From Candidatus Saccharimonadales bacterium (GTDB taxonomy: Bacteria; Patescibacteriota; Saccharimonadia; Saccharimonadales; EFPC-124): a stretch of DNA of 64,000 bases. The DNA is taken from NCBI GenBank assembly GCA_050730875.1, contig JBOHNX010000002.1, positions 2,894 through 66,893 of the forward strand, in the 5' to 3' direction. Below, in pieces: positions 9,590-17,691 of this stretch. The first letter of the stretch is position 1, and each line of letters opens with the position of its first letter. Position numbers and translations under genes: made by a program. The notes under the pieces are model-generated. The model was not told where the DNA came from and did not search any database. It saw only the letters and a list, made by a program, of their open reading frames with translations.

Positions 9590-10237
9590 ATGAACTTCCG
9601 CCTCACTAGCATAGTCATCCGTCCTTCATTTTTTAGTTTTATTACTTGTGCCGTTTTGGCAACCATTATTCTAGGAGTATTCACCTGGGCGTCGCTATTA
9701 GAAGATCCGCTGTTTTACGATTACTTTTGGGGTCCGTTTGGCGTCGTGACTATCCTTGAGACATCACCCGACAGCCTGTCCGCAATTATGGCTGCGATTT
9801 CGGCCCACCCGCTTACCTATAATGCCGTTATCTTTGTAGCGGCACTGTTAGCCGGAATCATTGTCTACATCGTACTGCAAACTATCACCCGAGCAACTGC
9901 CGGTATTTCGAACACCCTCGACGAGATGCACCGCGCCAACCAAACGCTAGAACGCGAAATGGGAACACGAATCGCCTTTAGGGTTGGTATTGCCTTGCTT
10001 TGGGTGCTATATCTTATATTCTTCGTGAAAGTACTAGTGCCCTTTTGCACACTTATAGCTCAAAGTGGCTTCACGCAGTTTTACGTTGATTTTTCATCTG
10101 CTTGGGGGTCCATTGCGCTTGGTCTCGGCCTCCTCGTACTCGGTCTCCATGTACACGTTATTTTTATGCGACTACTTGCGCTAAGACCACGCGTTTTTGG
10201 CAATAATGCAGTTATCGTGAGTGAACTGTACGACTAA
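9590..10237 (+). CDS. hypothetical integral membrane protein
   Basis: 215-aa ORF with several long hydrophobic segments. Confidence 0.5.
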   Translation: MNFRLTSIVIRPSFFSFITCAVLATIILGVFTWASLLEDPLFYDYFWGPFGVVTILETSPDSLSAIMAAISAHPLTYNAVIFVAALLAGIIVYIVLQTITRATAGISNTLDEMHRANQTLEREMGTRIAFRVGIALLWVLYLIFFVKVLVPFCTLIAQSGFTQFYVDFSSAWGSIALGLGLLVLGLHVHVIFMRLLALRPRVFGNNAVIVSELYD

Positions 10238-10336
10238 TTTGTAGCATTTTTTACAAAAAGTCCTTGACTTTCTCTGCGATATTGCACACCATCAAAACAT
10301 AAACATTTAAAAAAATTAAACAAAGTCAGTAAAAAC

Positions 10337-11920
10337 GTGAACACACTTCATATACCTACGAAGGTGATCGGTAAGGCATTTACTCTAATAGTCGCAGGCG
10401 TCGTAGTTGGCTTGGCTGCAATGCTAGTACCGCTACAGGCACAAGCCGCCGCTTGCACGCCGCCTTCGACCGATTATGGAACGGTATCGGCTAGCCTCAC
10501 CGTGCCATCAACAGCGACATACCGTATTTGGAGCCGCATTATGGCACCTGATACCAGCAACAACAGCTATTTATTAGAAATTGACGGAGCCAACTGCTAT
10601 GTCGTTGGCGGTAAGAGCATCTCTGCAAATGCGTGGACGTGGGTCGATTACCAAAACGGTAACACCGCATCAAAAGTGAACTTGTCGCTCACCAAGGGTA
10701 CTCACAGTGTCAAGTTTATTGGCCGTCAGCCGAATGTAAAACTTGACCGCCTTGTTGCAACCTCCGACCTTACCTGCATGCCAACAGGCAACGGCGACAA
10801 CTGTAACACGCCTTCCGACACTACACCGCCTTCTGTTGACATTACCGATCCCAAAGAAGGCACAATAGTTTCTGGCACGGTTGCCATTACGGCCAATGCG
10901 AGCGATAACATCGGGGTATCGCGTGTCGAATTCTTCGTCGACAGCCAACTCATTACAACCGATACTAGTGCTCCCTACAGCGCCAGCTGGGATTCAAAAA
11001 GCTCATCAAACGGCTCTCATCGTCTGACTGCGAAAGCGTTCGATGCTGCCGGAAACCAAAGCACCGACAGCTACTTGGTGACAGTCCGCGACGGCGACAG
11101 CCAACCGCCAGCGCCACCAAGCAATGTTGTTGCCACGCCCACTCATAATAGCGTAACTGTCGGCTGGGGTGCTGTATCTGGTGCCGTCGGCTATACCGTC
11201 AGTCGCGATGGCGTACCGATGGCAAATGTTGGTAATACGACAACCTTTACCGACACAAGCGTGTTGCCTAACACCCAGTACATCTATCACGTAACCGCGT
11301 TCGATGCTGCCGGAAACAAGTCGCTGCCGTCTGAAAAAGTCACGGTAAAAACTCTTGACGTCCCCGATACAGAGGCGCCGAGCGCACCGACAAACCTCAC
11401 CGCCACAGCAGCCAACTCTACACAAGTCAACCTCAGCTGGAACGCCAGTACTGACAATGTTGGAGTTGCCGAATATGAAGTGTACCGCAAGACCGCCAAC
11501 AAAACAGCTGAAAAAGTTGCAAGTGTCGCCTCAACGAGCTTCGGCGACACAAATCTTAAAAAATCAACTGCTTACACCTACTACGTAATCGCCAAAGATC
11601 CTAAGGGCAATACAAGCGGGCGATCACCAGAGGTAACAGTAAAAACGCCTGCCGCACAGCGTAAAGGAGTCCTGCGAGGCACCGTACTTAGCGGCAAGAC
11701 CAATAAACCGACAGCTTATGCCAAAGTGCGAGTAGTTGTTGGCAATAACGAGCTCACGTCCGTCACCAACTCTCAAGGTAGGTACCAGATACGTAAGCTT
11801 GATCCTGGCCGGTACAACGTTACCTACAGTAAGGGTAGTACCTACTTCCCGCGGTCGCTGTCAGTTCGAGTAAACAACAACGTGGTGACCCAAGATGTCA
11901 CACTTAAGTACAGGCAATAA
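10337..11920 (+). CDS. secreted multidomain surface protein (CBM-like + Ig-like + 2 FN3 + carboxypeptidase-regulatory-like)
   Basis: Signal/TM at the N-terminus. Ig-like block ITANASDNIGVSRVEFFVD. Two FN3-like repeats (PSNVVATPTHNSVTVGW; PTNLTATAANSTQVNLSW). C-terminal GRYQIRKLDPGRYNV. Confidence 0.65.
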   Translation: MNTLHIPTKVIGKAFTLIVAGVVVGLAAMLVPLQAQAAACTPPSTDYGTVSASLTVPSTATYRIWSRIMAPDTSNNSYLLEIDGANCYVVGGKSISANAWTWVDYQNGNTASKVNLSLTKGTHSVKFIGRQPNVKLDRLVATSDLTCMPTGNGDNCNTPSDTTPPSVDITDPKEGTIVSGTVAITANASDNIGVSRVEFFVDSQLITTDTSAPYSASWDSKSSSNGSHRLTAKAFDAAGNQSTDSYLVTVRDGDSQPPAPPSNVVATPTHNSVTVGWGAVSGAVGYTVSRDGVPMANVGNTTTFTDTSVLPNTQYIYHVTAFDAAGNKSLPSEKVTVKTLDVPDTEAPSAPTNLTATAANSTQVNLSWNASTDNVGVAEYEVYRKTANKTAEKVASVASTSFGDTNLKKSTAYTYYVIAKDPKGNTSGRSPEVTVKTPAAQRKGVLRGTVLSGKTNKPTAYAKVRVVVGNNELTSVTNSQGRYQIRKLDPGRYNVTYSKGSTYFPRSLSVRVNNNVVTQDVTLKYRQ

Positions 11921-11929
11921 GGACCGACC

Positions 11930-12376
11930 ATGGAATTTACACCACAGTCTACGCAATCACCTTTCCCTGCGGTTACGGGCGGCGAACCATCACCTGCGAA
12001 AAGCAAGTTTCGATTAAATAAAAAGGTGGTCGCCATTGCAGCCGTGGTCTTGGTTGTTGTAGCACTGATTTTCGCAGGTTGGACCCTCTTCTTCGCCCAG
12101 GATGATACAGCAGCAGGCGCAAACGTCACCATTACCGACAAGAGTTTTATACCGAATACTGTAAAAATCAAAAAGGGTCAAAACGTTACGTGGACAAACC
12201 TCGATACCGCCGCGCATGAAGTCGCCAGTGACGAAACGTCATTGAAGGAATTTACCAGCAACGAATCTCTTGAGCCAGGCGATGTGTATATATTCCCATT
12301 CGAGCAACCTGGCACCTACAGCTATTACGACCCCCTCAATCCCGCACAGTATAAAGGCACGGTGATTGTGGAATAA
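11930..12376 (+). CDS. membrane-anchored cupredoxin-like protein lacking the Cys/Met copper ligands
   Basis: TM anchor followed by the cupredoxin pattern VTITDKSFIPNTVKIKKGQNVTWTN..AAHEV...GTYSYYDPLNPAQYKGTVIVE. The usual C..H..M positions read Y..L/N..Y. Confidence 0.5.
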   Translation: MEFTPQSTQSPFPAVTGGEPSPAKSKFRLNKKVVAIAAVVLVVVALIFAGWTLFFAQDDTAAGANVTITDKSFIPNTVKIKKGQNVTWTNLDTAAHEVASDETSLKEFTSNESLEPGDVYIFPFEQPGTYSYYDPLNPAQYKGTVIVE

Positions 12377-12407
12377 TGGCATGCAAAGACGAAGGGGAAA
12401 AGGCACA

Positions 12408-13460
12408 ATGATAAAAAAGCTCGGAGCACTTCTGAAACCGACCCGTACCAACTTGATAATCGCTGTATCAGTTGCTGCGATAGTGTTGGTTGCGGGGTAC
12501 TTTTTAATGCAAACGAACGCTGCGGGTTTTTTTGTAGCACACGAAGTTGAACAAGGTAGCCTAAGTGGCAATGCCAACATCATTTCAGATAGCGGCGCTT
12601 CAAACGGCAAAGCTGTCCAGTTTACTGCACCTGCAGCTCCGCCACCTCCCCCACCACCGCCGCCACCATCAGGCGGTAGTGGTTGTTTAACGAAACCAAG
12701 CGGCTGCGGCTACCCAGACGCCACCAATACTGGCGTGCCTGCTGGCACAAAACTCACACCCAGTGGCGGCCTGACGCTCAAGACTCCCGGCCAAGTTATC
12801 TCTAACCTTGATGTCTTAGGCGACGTGGCTGTGTATGCGGCAAATGTCACTATTAAAAATTCACGTATTACCAACAATGGTAATACTGTGGCTGCAATCC
12901 GCTTGTATGATGGTGCGAGTGTGACGATTGAAGACTCGGAAGTTGACGGTAAAACAGCAAAAGTTGCAATCGGCTACGGCAACTTTACCCTGCGCCGCGT
13001 GAATATGCGGGGCGGCGTGGATGCAGTGCGTGCCGATGGCAACGTGACCATTGTTGATTCGTATATACATGACCTGGAGCGCATCCCGGACTCGCACAAT
13101 GACATCCTTCAGACTATTCAGGGCAGCAACATAACGGTTAAGCACAACACGCTCTTTGCCTTCAAAGATACGCCTGGCAGCTGGCCTTCCTCTGGCGATC
13201 CAATGAACGCCATATACCAGTTTGGTAACTTTATTGGTAACTCCAGCAATATCTTGGTTGAAAACAACTTGGTGAATGGTGGCAACTATTCATTTAACGC
13301 TAACTGGTTAAACGTTGATGCTGGCAAATCGTCAGTTTCGGGTATACGCATTATTAATAACAAATTTGGCCGCGATTTCCGCTACGGCCCAGCAGCTAGC
13401 ATGAGCCACGGTATTCAGTTTACTGGTAACGTGTACGTAGATACGGGCAAGTCGCTATAA
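12408..13460 (+). CDS. secreted right-handed beta-helix repeat protein
   Basis: AAGGGGA RBS before the ATG at 12408. TM/signal, an 11-residue poly-Pro linker, then repeated N/G/V-rich beta-helix turns (VTIKNSRITNNGN, VTIEDSEVDG, VTIVDSYIHD, ITVKHNTLF). Confidence 0.55.
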   Translation: MIKKLGALLKPTRTNLIIAVSVAAIVLVAGYFLMQTNAAGFFVAHEVEQGSLSGNANIISDSGASNGKAVQFTAPAAPPPPPPPPPPSGGSGCLTKPSGCGYPDATNTGVPAGTKLTPSGGLTLKTPGQVISNLDVLGDVAVYAANVTIKNSRITNNGNTVAAIRLYDGASVTIEDSEVDGKTAKVAIGYGNFTLRRVNMRGGVDAVRADGNVTIVDSYIHDLERIPDSHNDILQTIQGSNITVKHNTLFAFKDTPGSWPSSGDPMNAIYQFGNFIGNSSNILVENNLVNGGNYSFNANWLNVDAGKSSVSGIRIINNKFGRDFRYGPAASMSHGIQFTGNVYVDTGKSL

Positions 13461-15443
13461 CTCTTGCCTTCGAAGAAACTGAGCATTGATGGCGACGATG
13501 ATCGTCGAAAGCGACATAAGCACTGCTCCTACTGCCGGCGAGAGTATAAAGCCGGTAGCCGTTGCGACGCCGGCGGCCAGCGGTATGGCAATGGCATTGT
13601 AGCCAGTTGCCCAAACTAAATTTTGGAACATTTTGCCGTAGGTCGCTTTTGACAGCCGCACAATCTTTACCACCCCGCGTGGGTCGTTCGATGCCAGCAC
13701 AATATCGGCCGATTCAATTGCTACATCGGTGCCAGCACCAATTGCAACACCAATGTCGGCTTGCACTAGAGCCGGCGCATCGTTCACGCCGTCACCAACC
13801 ATTGCCACTTGGCTCCCATCGGCTTGCAGTTTCTTCACGGCTTCCGCCTTATGCGCGGGCAATACCTCAGCAAAATATTCAGTAATGCCCAGTTCTTTGG
13901 CTACCCACGCTGCAACGCCTTTTTCATCGCCCGTCAGCATAGCAACGCGCTTCCCCGCTTTTTGAAGCTCGGCAATTGCTTCTTTCGATTCTTCGCGGAT
14001 AACATCGGCGAGCATGATTGCACCATGAACATTTTTACCTTCAAGTACATACACGACTGTCTTGCCCTCTTTTGAAGCTTGAGTAGCCGCCTGTTTGATA
14101 GTTTTGGGCACGGCGGCTTGTAGTTCCTCGATAAGCTTAGGACCCCCGACATGAATAAGCGCGCCATTAATTGTTGCTTTTGCGCCGCGACCCGAAAGCG
14201 CCGAAAAATTAGTCGCCTGGGCAACGGCAAGGCCTTGCTCTTTGACAGATTTGACGATTGCACGCGCAATTGGATGTTCCGATTCAGCTTCGACCGCGGC
14301 AGCAAGCGCGAGCATTTTTTTGGCATCGCCGCCACTGGCGATCATGTCTACCACCCCTTGCTCGCCTTTGGTGAGTGTGCCGGTTTTGTCAAACAAGATA
14401 ACATCGACATTTCGGGCAGCTTCCAACGCCATGCGCTGGCGTATAAGCAAACCATTTTTTGCGGCTAATGTAGTAGAAATAGCCGTAACCAGCGGAATCG
14501 CCAAGCCCAGAGCGTGCGGACAGGCAATTACCAGCACAGTGACAATGCGCTCCAGAATAAAACCAGCGGTTTGTTGGCTGAGCAGCGCCCAACCAGCCCA
14601 GGTCACTAACGCCGCACCAATCGCCACAAACACAAGGTAAAACGCAGCTTTATCGGCCAATATTTGCGTTTTAGATTTGCTGCTTTGTGCTTCGGCGACC
14701 AACTTCATAATGCCGGCAAGTGCACTGTCGCCGCCTACTTTTGTAACCTGTATGGTGAGTGAACCGCTGCCGTTAATCGTACCGCCAATAACCTGAGCTT
14801 TTGCGTGTTTGCTCACCGGTTTTGATTCGCCTGTTAGCATGGCTTCATTTACATCCGACTCACCCTTAATCACTTCACCATCGGCAGGAATTTGCGCTCC
14901 GGGTCGAACCAGCACCACATCGCCAACTTTCAGCTCAGAAACAGGGACCTTTTTACTACCTTCGTTGGTTAGTAATTCGGCTTCATCTGGTAAAAGTTTG
15001 GCAAGTTCGTGCAGCGCCCCTTGCGCGCTCGTGACCGAGGCCATTTCTAGCCAGTGACCCAGCAGCATGATAGTGATTAACGTCGCTAGCTCCCACCAAA
15101 AGTCCATACCATCAACTAGTTTGAGTGTAACCGCCAGGCTATACAGGAACGCCACGGAAATCGCCAACGAAATCAGCGTCATCATGCCAGGTTGCCGGTT
15201 GGCAAGTTCGACTTTGGCGCTTTTTATAAAAACTAATCCACCGTACAGAAAGATACCTACACCAAAGATGGCTGGAATATATTCGCTACCAGGAAAAACC
15301 AGGCTAAACCCAAGCCAACTCTGGACTGCCTCTGAAAAAACAAGGGTCGGGATGGTCAGAACTAAACTCAGCCAAAACTTTTGCCGAAACATCTCAGGGC
15401 TATGCCCAGCGTGCTTGTCGTGCTCGTGGTGTCCATGCTCCAT
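13455..15443 (-). CDS. copB: copper-transporting P1B-type ATPase (CopB-like, His-rich N-terminus)
   Basis: MEHGHHEHDKHAGH N-terminus, TGES, CPH in TM6 (IACPHALGLA), DKTGTLT, GDGVNDAPAL. Confidence 0.9.
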   Translation of the reverse strand: MEHGHHEHDKHAGHSPEMFRQKFWLSLVLTIPTLVFSEAVQSWLGFSLVFPGSEYIPAIFGVGIFLYGGLVFIKSAKVELANRQPGMMTLISLAISVAFLYSLAVTLKLVDGMDFWWELATLITIMLLGHWLEMASVTSAQGALHELAKLLPDEAELLTNEGSKKVPVSELKVGDVVLVRPGAQIPADGEVIKGESDVNEAMLTGESKPVSKHAKAQVIGGTINGSGSLTIQVTKVGGDSALAGIMKLVAEAQSSKSKTQILADKAAFYLVFVAIGAALVTWAGWALLSQQTAGFILERIVTVLVIACPHALGLAIPLVTAISTTLAAKNGLLIRQRMALEAARNVDVILFDKTGTLTKGEQGVVDMIASGGDAKKMLALAAAVEAESEHPIARAIVKSVKEQGLAVAQATNFSALSGRGAKATINGALIHVGGPKLIEELQAAVPKTIKQAATQASKEGKTVVYVLEGKNVHGAIMLADVIREESKEAIAELQKAGKRVAMLTGDEKGVAAWVAKELGITEYFAEVLPAHKAEAVKKLQADGSQVAMVGDGVNDAPALVQADIGVAIGAGTDVAIESADIVLASNDPRGVVKIVRLSKATYGKMFQNLVWATGYNAIAIPLAAGVATATGFILSPAVGAVLMSLSTIIVAINAQFLRRQEL

Positions 15444-15537
15444 ACTTTCTTCATTGTAGCGGACTCATTGCTCTTTGTCGGCCTCTAAACACTACAATCG
15501 CTCGCCTGGCCACTAATATCTAGGCTATTATAAGATC

Positions 15538-15960
15538 ATGATTCAAATTGTCGTTCGTGCGATTATTGCACAGGAAGATAAGCTCCTACTGGTCCGTAAC
15601 AAGAGCACTGACTTTTGGTGTTTGCCCGGCGGCAAGGTCGACGAAGACGAACAAATAATCCCGGCGCTAAAGCGCGAGATTACCGAGGAGCTCGGTGTCG
15701 AACCGGTGCTTGGCAAGCTGCTCTACGTTCAGCAATTATTCTTGCCGACCGAACAACGACTCGAATTCCTTTTTGCTGTCGAAAACAGCGCCGATTACGC
15801 GAATCTTGACCTCACCAAAACTACGCATGGCGAATTAGAGCTAGACGATGCAGGTTTTTATGATCCGCAAAAACTAAAAGTCCTGCCTTCGTTCCTTACG
15901 GAATTCAGACAGGACATGTCCAAAGATTTACCTCTATTTAAGGTTGAATCTAAAGTTTAG
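15538..15960 (+). CDS. NUDIX hydrolase
   Basis: Nudix box LPGGKVDEDEQIIPALKREITEELGV. Confidence 0.8.
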   Translation: MIQIVVRAIIAQEDKLLLVRNKSTDFWCLPGGKVDEDEQIIPALKREITEELGVEPVLGKLLYVQQLFLPTEQRLEFLFAVENSADYANLDLTKTTHGELELDDAGFYDPQKLKVLPSFLTEFRQDMSKDLPLFKVESKV

Positions 15961-17129
15961 TACTTGTCGACAAACGTCAACGCGTAACCAGTTTTGCCTG
16001 CGCGACCAGCGCGGCCAATGCGGTGCACGTAGTCGTCGTATGTTTGAGGTGTGCTGTAGTTGATAACGTGTGTCACGTCCGCAACATCGATACCGCGAGC
16101 GGCAACGTCAGTTGCGACTAGCACGTTAATTTCACTGCGCTTAAACTTATCGAGCGCACGTTGGCGCTGGCCTTGGCTCTTGCCACCGTGGATAGAATCT
16201 ACCTTAAAACCTCGTTCTTGCAGCATATTGCTCAGACGATCGACACTACGCTTAGTTTCGTCAAAAACAAGCGCTTTTTTAGTGTTTTCGTGAATGAGAG
16301 CATCGTGCAGTTGGTCGAGTTTATCGGCAGGGCTTTGGTAACGAACAATATTTTGTTCGACATTTTCGCTTGTATCGCCTGTTTTAACCGATACGGTAAC
16401 CGGGTTGTGCAAGAAACCGCTTATAAGCCCACGGATATTCGCGTCCATAGTTGCCGAAAAAAAGTACGATTGGCGCTGCTCGGCAAGTTCACCAAGCAGG
16501 AAGCGTACGTCTTTAATGAAACCCATGTCGAGCATGCGGTCTACTTCGTCGAGTACTGCAATGTTGAAATGTGAGAGTTTGAGCGTACCACGTTGCACGT
16601 GATCTTTAAGACGACCAGGTGTGCCAATGACGACACTTGGGTTTGCTTTAAGGTCACGCAATTGAGCACCCATTGAAGCGCCGCCGATAATCAGCACGCC
16701 ACGAAGACCGCTACCTTTCGCGAACGAACGGCATTCATCTTCAATTTGCTGAGCAAGCTCGCGTGTTGGCGCGACAATCAGCGCTTTCGATTGCGGTTCT
16801 TCCATCAAACGGTGAAGTAAAGGCAGCGCAAAAGCGGCTGTCTTACCAGTACCAGTGTTGGCAATACCAACAACATCAGTACCCTCTAGACCCAGCGGGA
16901 TTGCTTGGTCTTGGATTGGCGAAGGAATTACAAAGCCTTTAGTGGCAATGTTTTTCTTTAAAAGCTCATTAAGCTTAAAGTCCTCAAACTGGTGAAGAGG
17001 CGTATACTCCACTTGTTCAGTCTGCATTGCAGGCTTTACGAACATTTGTGGGTTAATATATTGTTTACGACTTTTGCTCTTCGAGGCTTGGCGCTTCGGA
17101 GAGAAATGTCGAGTTTTTTGATAACGCAT
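15957..17129 (-). CDS. DEAD-box ATP-dependent RNA helicase
   Basis: Q motif region, GTGKTAAF, DEVD (motif II variant), SAT, HRIGRAGRAG. Confidence 0.9.
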   Translation of the reverse strand: MRYQKTRHFSPKRQASKSKSRKQYINPQMFVKPAMQTEQVEYTPLHQFEDFKLNELLKKNIATKGFVIPSPIQDQAIPLGLEGTDVVGIANTGTGKTAAFALPLLHRLMEEPQSKALIVAPTRELAQQIEDECRSFAKGSGLRGVLIIGGASMGAQLRDLKANPSVVIGTPGRLKDHVQRGTLKLSHFNIAVLDEVDRMLDMGFIKDVRFLLGELAEQRQSYFFSATMDANIRGLISGFLHNPVTVSVKTGDTSENVEQNIVRYQSPADKLDQLHDALIHENTKKALVFDETKRSVDRLSNMLQERGFKVDSIHGGKSQGQRQRALDKFKRSEINVLVATDVAARGIDVADVTHVINYSTPQTYDDYVHRIGRAGRAGKTGYALTFVDKY

Positions 17130-17149
17130 AAAAAAGAATCCTCTGTTAA

Positions 17150-17206
17150 TTAGTTAGTTATTTGCGTCGATTGCCCAAATGAAATCGAGAAATAACGACT
17201 AACTAA
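17150..17206 (-). promoter_or_regulatory. long imperfect hairpin in the MarR/DEAD-box intergenic region (5' UTR structure or terminator)
   Basis: TTAGTTAG/TTATTT/TCGATT pair with AATCGA/AAATAA/CTAACTAA around a 10-nt loop. It lies about 20 nt upstream of the helicase RBS AGAGGA. Confidence 0.4.
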
Positions 17207-17262
17207 CTCGGATTCATCAAACAATGTGCTTATATTAACATAACTATATAACGTGGTCAAGG

Positions 17263-17679
17263 TTATTTTAAATTCTCAATCACCTGCTGCAGCACTCGTA
17301 TAACTGCGTTATATTCCTCTTCGCTAATACCTTTGACGGTTTGCTGACGAACCTGTTTTTGAATTTCGAATGCTTGATCGTGTTTTTCGTTCCCTGCATC
17401 AGTTAGCGCTAACTGGCCTTGCTTCTCGGCGATCCAACCATCCCCTGTAAGCCGCTGCAATAGTTTATTGAAAGTTTGCTCATCGATGAAATCTTTTAAC
17501 GACTGCCGCACGCTTTCTTTTGAAATAACCCGCGCTTCATGTACTATGCGAAGCATTTGCCATTGAGTACGGTCAATACCTACTTCTTGCAGCGCTTTTG
17601 AAGCGTAGGCTGTAATTGCTGCATCTGCCCGTTTTAGAAACAGGCCAATTGGCACTTGCGAGGTAACATCTCTAGTCAT
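17263..17679 (-). CDS. MarR family transcriptional regulator
   Basis: 138-aa winged-helix pattern typical of MarR. It starts 12 nt after the ligD stop. Confidence 0.75.
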   Translation of the reverse strand: MTRDVTSQVPIGLFLKRADAAITAYASKALQEVGIDRTQWQMLRIVHEARVISKESVRQSLKDFIDEQTFNKLLQRLTGDGWIAEKQGQLALTDAGNEKHDQAFEIQKQVRQQTVKGISEEEYNAVIRVLQQVIENLK

Positions 17680-17691
17680 ATGACTCCTATT

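Noticed and set aside
13562-15459. Numerous 60-130-aa ORFs on both strands inside the copB gene
   Set aside because: They are fully nested in a well-supported 662-aa P-type ATPase gene, and their sequences are low-complexity (Ala/Arg/Ser/Pro-rich).
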